From Candidatus Acidiferrales bacterium (GTDB lineage: Bacteria > Bacteroidota > Ignavibacteria > Kryptoniales > JAKASW01): a stretch of 64,000 nt of DNA. The stretch is from contig DATJAY010000016.1 of the NCBI GenBank assembly GCA_035515795.1, forward strand, positions 45,703 through 109,702, read 5' to 3'. The position numbers and the translations under genes were made by a program. Below are positions 58,134-64,000 of the stretch, one piece after another (position 1 is the first letter of the stretch; each line of letters opens with the position of its first letter). The notes beneath the pieces were generated by a model. It searched no databases, was not told where the DNA came from, and saw only the letters and a list, made by a program, of their open reading frames with translations.

Positions 58134-59237
<1,104 letters not shown>

Positions 59238-59264
59238 TTAATATCAAAGAAAGGAATTTTTGAC

Positions 59265-60281
59265 GTGAAAGCGACGGTAATATATGGGCCGCGCGATGTG
59301 CGCTTCGAAGAGCGCGACGACCCAAAGATCATAAAGCCAACGGACGCCATTGTTCGGATCTCGGCGACCTGCGTCTGTGGTTCCGACCTCTGGACTTACC
59401 GCGGCATCAATGCGGTTGACCAACCTGCTCCGTTCGGCCATGAATACTGCGGGATCGTCGAGAAGGCAGGAGGCGCAGTCAAATCCATCGAACCCGGCCA
59501 ATTTGTAATCGGTTCTTTTTTCGCCTCCGATAACACATGTCCACATTGCCACGCCGGCTATCAGTCGTCTTGTGAGCACAAAGAGTTGGTTGTCGGCGCT
59601 CAGGCACCTCTGCTGCGCGTCCCGTTAGCGGACGGCACGCTGGTCCCAACACCCGGTGTTCCATCGGAGGATTTAATCCCAAGTCTGCTGACACTCTCCG
59701 ATGTCATGGGCACCGGATGGTTCGCTGCCGACGCAGCGAACGTCAAGCCGGGCTCGACCGCGGCGGTCGTCGGTGACGGCGCGGTCGGTCTCCTTGGTGT
59801 GCTCTCCGCAAAACATATGGGCGCCAAACGAATCATCGCGATGAGCCGTCACGAGTCGCGGCAGAAACTTGCCCGCGAGTTCGGTGCAACCGATATCGTG
59901 GCCGAGCGCGGTGAGGAAGGTGTTCAACGTATCAAGGAACTGACGAACGGAATCGGTGCTGACTCGGTGCTTGAGTGTGTAGGTACCCAGGAAGCAATGG
60001 TGCAGGCGATCCGTTCCACGCGGCCCGGTGGGTCAGTGGGCTACGTTGGTGTCCCGCACGGTGTTGAGCTCAAAGGCGAGGAACTGTTTTGGACTCACGT
60101 CCATCTCCATGGCGGCCCCGCGCCTGTGCGGCGCTATTTGCCCGAGTTGATCAAACTCGTGTGGAACAGGAAGATCAACCCCGGCAAGGTCTTCGATCTG
60201 ACCCTGCCGCTTGACAGAGTGGCGGAAGGTTACCGCGCTATGGATGAGCGAAAAGCGATTAAAACGCTCTTGCGTCCGTAA
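59265..60281 (+). CDS. Zinc-dependent alcohol dehydrogenase (MDR superfamily)
   Basis: Catalytic Zn ligands (CVCGSD, GHEYCG). Structural Zn cluster CPHCHAGYQSSC. NAD fold VVGDGAVGLLG. GTG start 27 nt after the preceding stop. Confidence 0.85.
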   Translation: MKATVIYGPRDVRFEERDDPKIIKPTDAIVRISATCVCGSDLWTYRGINAVDQPAPFGHEYCGIVEKAGGAVKSIEPGQFVIGSFFASDNTCPHCHAGYQSSCEHKELVVGAQAPLLRVPLADGTLVPTPGVPSEDLIPSLLTLSDVMGTGWFAADAANVKPGSTAAVVGDGAVGLLGVLSAKHMGAKRIIAMSRHESRQKLAREFGATDIVAERGEEGVQRIKELTNGIGADSVLECVGTQEAMVQAIRSTRPGGSVGYVGVPHGVELKGEELFWTHVHLHGGPAPVRRYLPELIKLVWNRKINPGKVFDLTLPLDRVAEGYRAMDERKAIKTLLRP

Positions 60282-60404
60282 ATCAAGGAGAACCCGCAAA
60301 TGGCCAAATAGCCGAAAGACGAACTAGGCAGTATCGCAAAGGCCGATGACCGAAATAATTTTCGACGGGAGGCGCCTCATGCGGCGCTGGTTTAGGAGCG
60401 GGTG

Positions 60405-60824
60405 CTAAGAGGAATTTGAATCGTTCAACGACAACTTAATTCTTCTCAGCGCAGTATCTAGGTCCCTCTTTATTTGATGCTCCCATATCCTCAAAACCTT
60501 CCATCCTTCTTTCCGAAGAACTCTGTTCACTTCGCGGTCACGCTCTTTATTTCTTTTCAGCTTTTTTGTCCAGTATCCTTTATTTGACTTAGGAGTGTTA
60601 TGATGGTACGGGCAGACGTGCCAAAAACAGGAATCCAGAAAAACGACTACCCTTTTCTTTCTAAAGACAAAATCTGGTTTCCCTTTGATAGTGGAACAGT
60701 TCCGTGAAAAGCTTAATCGTCTTTTGCGAAGTTCTTTTGCAACGATCAATTCGATCGAAGTGTCTTTGCTTCAAATGTTCTACATGTTCTTTCTACGTTG
60801 TGCTTTTGTAAGGTTATCAGCCAT
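60405..60824 (-). pseudogene. vsr: Very-short-patch repair endonuclease gene with two in-frame stop codons near the 5' end
   Basis: Reading the minus strand from ATG 60824 gives MADNLTKAQRRKNM-TAG-NI-TGA-SKDTSIELIVAKELRKRRL...GKPDFVFRKKRVVVFLDSCFWH...PKSNKGYWTKKLKRNKERD...GWKVLRIWE. This is colinear with E. coli Vsr (MADVHDKATRSKNMRAIATRDTAIE...). TAG at 60780-60782 and TGA at 60771-60773. Confidence 0.75.
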
Positions 60825-60872
60825 GCAGCATTTAGTTTCCCTTTTTATTATCTTGAACAAAAATTAGAAAAA

Positions 60873-61580
60873 ATGAACATCGATGATATAATATCGTACT
60901 CTGACATTGTTTCGGCAGAGGGACAAAATATTCAGCGCGGGATGAACTTTAATGTTGGCAATGGCTACTCAGTGTTTCTAATGTCCGTTAGGAAAAACGC
61001 ACCATACGCCGACAAGATCAATGAAGCAACTAATTCGATTGTTTATGAAGGCCATGATGCTCAAAAGAATCATGCGAGAAATCCAAAGGACGTCGATCAA
61101 CCGATGGTCACACCTAAAGGCTCTCTAACTCAGAACGGAAAGTTTTTTGCCGCCGCTCAAGCGTTCAAACTTGGTTTGACGCGAGATGCTCATAAGATCA
61201 AAGTTTATGAGAAGCTGGATGAGGGAGTGTGGTCTTACAAGGGATTCTTCAACCTAGTCGACGCGAGGATTTTCTTCGATGGAAAAAGAAACGTTTTCAA
61301 GTTTTACCTTCAAGCTATTGAGTTGAAATCTTTCCATCGAGAAACAATCATCCCCAACAGCAGGTTGATTCCGACAGAAGTGAAAATCGAAGTATGGAAT
61401 CGGGATAGAGGAAGATGTGTGCTTTGTGGATCCACTGAGAACCTACATTACGATCACGACCTTCCATTTTCAAAAGGTGGGACAAGCTATAGTGCGAAGA
61501 ATGTGAGAATACTTTGTCTCAAATGTAATCTGAAGAAATCCTCAAAGATAATGACCATCATACCGCCGTTATTCTCATGA
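60873..61580 (+). CDS. SRA(YDG)-like domain fused to HNH nuclease; putative modification-dependent (type IV) restriction endonuclease
   Basis: C-terminal HNH with two CxxC pairs (CVLCGSTENLHYDHDLPFSKGG...NVRILCLKCNLKKS). The N-terminal 170 aa follows the SRA pattern (GYSVFLMS...YADK...IVYEGHD...DQPM...NGKFF...KIKVYEK...WSYKGFFNLVD). Start at ATG 60873. Confidence 0.65.
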   Translation: MNIDDIISYSDIVSAEGQNIQRGMNFNVGNGYSVFLMSVRKNAPYADKINEATNSIVYEGHDAQKNHARNPKDVDQPMVTPKGSLTQNGKFFAAAQAFKLGLTRDAHKIKVYEKLDEGVWSYKGFFNLVDARIFFDGKRNVFKFYLQAIELKSFHRETIIPNSRLIPTEVKIEVWNRDRGRCVLCGSTENLHYDHDLPFSKGGTSYSAKNVRILCLKCNLKKSSKIMTIIPPLFS

Positions 61581-61599
61581 ATCCCGCATCCGGGCCATC

Positions 61600-62043
61600 T
61601 TATTTTATCCATTTTATCTCAACTTGTCTTTCCATCTGTTTGAATTCTCGATCACCAGTCACCAACACTGCTTTCATCTGTTTTGCGAGTGCGGCGCAGT
61701 ACGCATCACCAAGTGAAAGATGGTAAGTCGCTTTTAATTCCGCAGCCAGCTCGGCGAGTTCTCGGTTGACATCCACTACCGCAAGAGTCGTTTCATGTTC
61801 AAATTGTTTTGCCGCTTTCACTCCAGTCTCTCCCTGAATTTGCTGGACGCGGTAAAGAACTTCTGTCCAGTTCACTGCAGAGATGTACACTTCTTTGTTT
61901 TGATCCACTGCTTGAGAGAGAAGCTGCTCCACCTGTTCTGCTGCAGGCTCATCGAACAGCAGGGCAAGAACTGCGGAGCTATCGAATACCGTGTTTGCCA
62001 AGCTTCGCCTCTTCCTTATGCAGGTCTTCTTTGCGGTCGTCAA
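61600..62043 (-). CDS. vapC: PIN-domain toxin VapC
   Basis: VFDSSAVLALLFDEP (first acidic residue), ISAVNWTEV, GDAYCAALA, LVTGDREF. The true start may be TTG 62001, which overlaps the vapB stop by 23 nt; the track uses ATG 62043. Confidence 0.8.
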   Translation of the reverse strand: MTTAKKTCIRKRRSLANTVFDSSAVLALLFDEPAAEQVEQLLSQAVDQNKEVYISAVNWTEVLYRVQQIQGETGVKAAKQFEHETTLAVVDVNRELAELAAELKATYHLSLGDAYCAALAKQMKAVLVTGDREFKQMERQVEIKWIK

Positions 62044-62254
62044 GCAGCTGTTGCGTTGCCGGCTTCGTGCCGGGTTTCAACTTCAGGATCCCTCTGAATT
62101 TTTTTATCGTCTCGCGAGTGATCGGCTTCAAAACGATTTCGAACTTCTCTTCGTCAATTTCGAGCTTAAACCTCGTTCCTTCTTGAATGCCGAATTTCCT
62201 CCGCACAGAAGACGGAATGACAATCTGTCCCTTTGTCCTTGCTATTGTTTCCAT
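61979..62254 (-). CDS. vapB: AbrB/SpoVT/MazE-fold antitoxin VapB
   Basis: METIARTKGQIVIPSSVRRKFGIQEGTRFKLEID is a swapped-hairpin AbrB-type DNA-binding domain. Lies upstream of and overlaps the PIN gene. Confidence 0.75.
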   Translation of the reverse strand: METIARTKGQIVIPSSVRRKFGIQEGTRFKLEIDEEKFEIVLKPITRETIKKFRGILKLKPGTKPATQQLLDDRKEDLHKEEAKLGKHGIR

Positions 62255-62288
62255 CGCAGAACTCCTTTTAAATTGGCGTATGAAATCT

Positions 62289-62342
62289 AATATATTTCTT
62301 ACTAAAAGTCAACGGTCGGACACACAATATATTTCCTACTTA
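62289..62342. promoter_or_regulatory. Imperfect direct repeats upstream of vapB (candidate autoregulatory operator)
   Basis: AATATATTTCTTACTA (62289-62304) and AATATATTTCCTACTTA (62326-62342), 37 nt apart, lying 35-90 nt upstream of the vapB ATG (62254). Confidence 0.35.
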
Positions 62343-62457
62343 AGCCGAAAAGAAGAAATATTTTTCACTAGCGGAACACCTCACGTCCTCGTTGAATCGG
62401 GCGTTTTGCTTATGATATACGGCTTGCTTTCGAGTCCCTTTTCTAAGTGACTGAAAA

Positions 62458-62500
62458 ATGTATCTTTATTCCCGCCTTTTGTATAACACATGCCCAGCTT
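62458..62500 (+). promoter_or_regulatory. Second copy of the aldo/keto reductase upstream motif
   Basis: ATGTATCT (62458-62465) and TTGTATAA (62479-62486), 21 nt apart. Exact 19-mer TCCCGCCTTTTGTATAACA at 62470-62488, then CCCAGCT. Lies 104 nt before ATG 62574, against 102 nt for the first copy. Confidence 0.45.
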
Positions 62501-62555
62501 TTCGTTCTTAAATTTGTATCTGAAACCCTTTGGTTTATTCTTACGGTTAATCTGA

Positions 62556-63425
<870 letters not shown>

Positions 63426-63470
63426 AACCAATGTTATCATCAAACAATTTCGAAAGAGCGAGATAGAGAA

Positions 63471-64000
63471 ATGAAAAACGTTTTGATATTGGGCGCTAGC
63501 GGCAAGATTGCAGGTAAAGTAATTGACCTGTTGATGAAAAAGGAGGATATCCGCTTGAACCTTTTCTTGCGAAATCCTCGCAGACTGAGAAATCGTGCAA
63601 ATGATAATTGCCGCATCATCGAAGGCGACGTTTTAAATCTAAATGATCTAAAAGAAGCCATGACGGGGATCGATATTGTCTACGCAAACCTTGCGGGCGA
63701 TTTGGAGCAGATGGCGAGAAATATTGTTAAGATCATGGATGAGAAGAAGGTGAAGAGGCTTATATTCATTAGTTCGATAGGTATTTATGACGAACCAGTA
63801 AGGCCTGTATTGAAGCCTTATAGAAAAGCAGCGGATGTCATAGAAGCATCGGATCTCGAGTACACGATCTTAAGACCAACGTGGTTCACCAACGCAGACG
63901 AAGTCGATTATGAAATAACCAGGAAAGGCGAACCGGAGAGAGGTTCGGTAATTTCTCAAAAGAGTTTAGCAGCGTTCATCGCGAAAGTCATTGAATCTCC
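63471..64000 (+). CDS. NAD(P)H-binding NmrA/atypical-SDR-like oxidoreductase, 5' fragment; runs off the window
   Basis: ATG 63471 opens a frame with no stop up to 64000. MKNVLILGASGKIAGKVIDLL is a Rossmann GxxGxxG motif. Absent from the ORF track because it has no stop codon. Confidence 0.7.
   Translation, partial: MKNVLILGASGKIAGKVIDLLMKKEDIRLNLFLRNPRRLRNRANDNCRIIEGDVLNLNDLKEAMTGIDIVYANLAGDLEQMARNIVKIMDEKKVKRLIFISSIGIYDEPVRPVLKPYRKAADVIEASDLEYTILRPTWFTNADEVDYEITRKGEPERGSVISQKSLAAFIAKVIES

Noticed and set aside
60771-60782. In-frame TAG and TGA in vsr as recoding (pyrrolysine, selenocysteine or an altered genetic code)
   Set aside because: TAG, TGA and TAA all serve as ordinary stops for well-supported genes in this window (TAG at 232, TGA at 919, TAA at 7444). 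No SECIS-like context or pyl/sel genes were seen. Two different stop codons 6 nt apart point to decay.
63440-63661. 73-aa minus-strand ORF
   Set aside because: It is antisense to the Rossmann-fold N-terminus (GASGKIAG) of the plus-strand NmrA-like gene, which runs off the window and is therefore missing from the ORF track.

Overview
This 64-kb window looks like chromosomal DNA from an FCB-group bacterium, probably Ignavibacteriota- or Bacteroidota-like. That placement is an inference from seven type IX secretion (T9SS) C-terminal sorting domains combined with strong GGAG-type ribosome-binding sites. I recognised no rRNA, tRNA, CRISPR array, transposase or integrase.

Layout:
- 1-7.5 kb: housekeeping genes (TlpA-like fragment, pbpC, PAS histidine kinase, hemN, prfA).
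- 7.6-33.9 kb: an unbroken run of 14 minus-strand genes. Read in the direction of transcription:
  - a propeller-type sensor kinase with a LuxR-type response regulator;
  - a stand-alone receiver with a zinc-ribbon membrane protein;
  - five large T9SS cargo genes;
  - a T9SS-tagged S1/P1 nuclease;
  - an AmmeMemoRadiSam module (radical SAM enzyme, then a Memo-AMMECR1 fusion);
  - an overlapping membrane spermidine-synthase-like gene.
- 34.5-51.4 kb (plus strand): a GH38-like hydrolase, a 12.1-kb gene for a roughly 4,000-aa T9SS surface protein, and a small DUF4402-like gene whose start overlaps that gene's stop.
- 51.8-64 kb: an RND pump with no partner genes, hom, oxidoreductases, and an apparently AT-richer 2.3-kb islet. 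The islet holds a vsr gene with two in-frame stop codons, an SRA-like/HNH nuclease and a vapBC pair.

Most notable observations:
1. Both proteins of the AmmeMemoRadiSam module carry export signals. The radical SAM enzyme has a twin-arginine motif and an inserted CxxCH; the Memo-AMMECR1 fusion has a lipoprotein-type signal.
2. The five cargo genes have unrelated N-terminal regions but share a near-identical 199-aa tail that is also conserved at the DNA level. Decayed module fragments lie in one of the spacers between them.
3. vsr has decayed next to a putative 5mC-dependent nuclease, and no methyltransferase is present.
4. An exact 19-bp motif sits at the same distance upstream of two unrelated aldo/keto reductase genes.

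All family assignments are motif-level readings of the translated ORFs. No database search was run.
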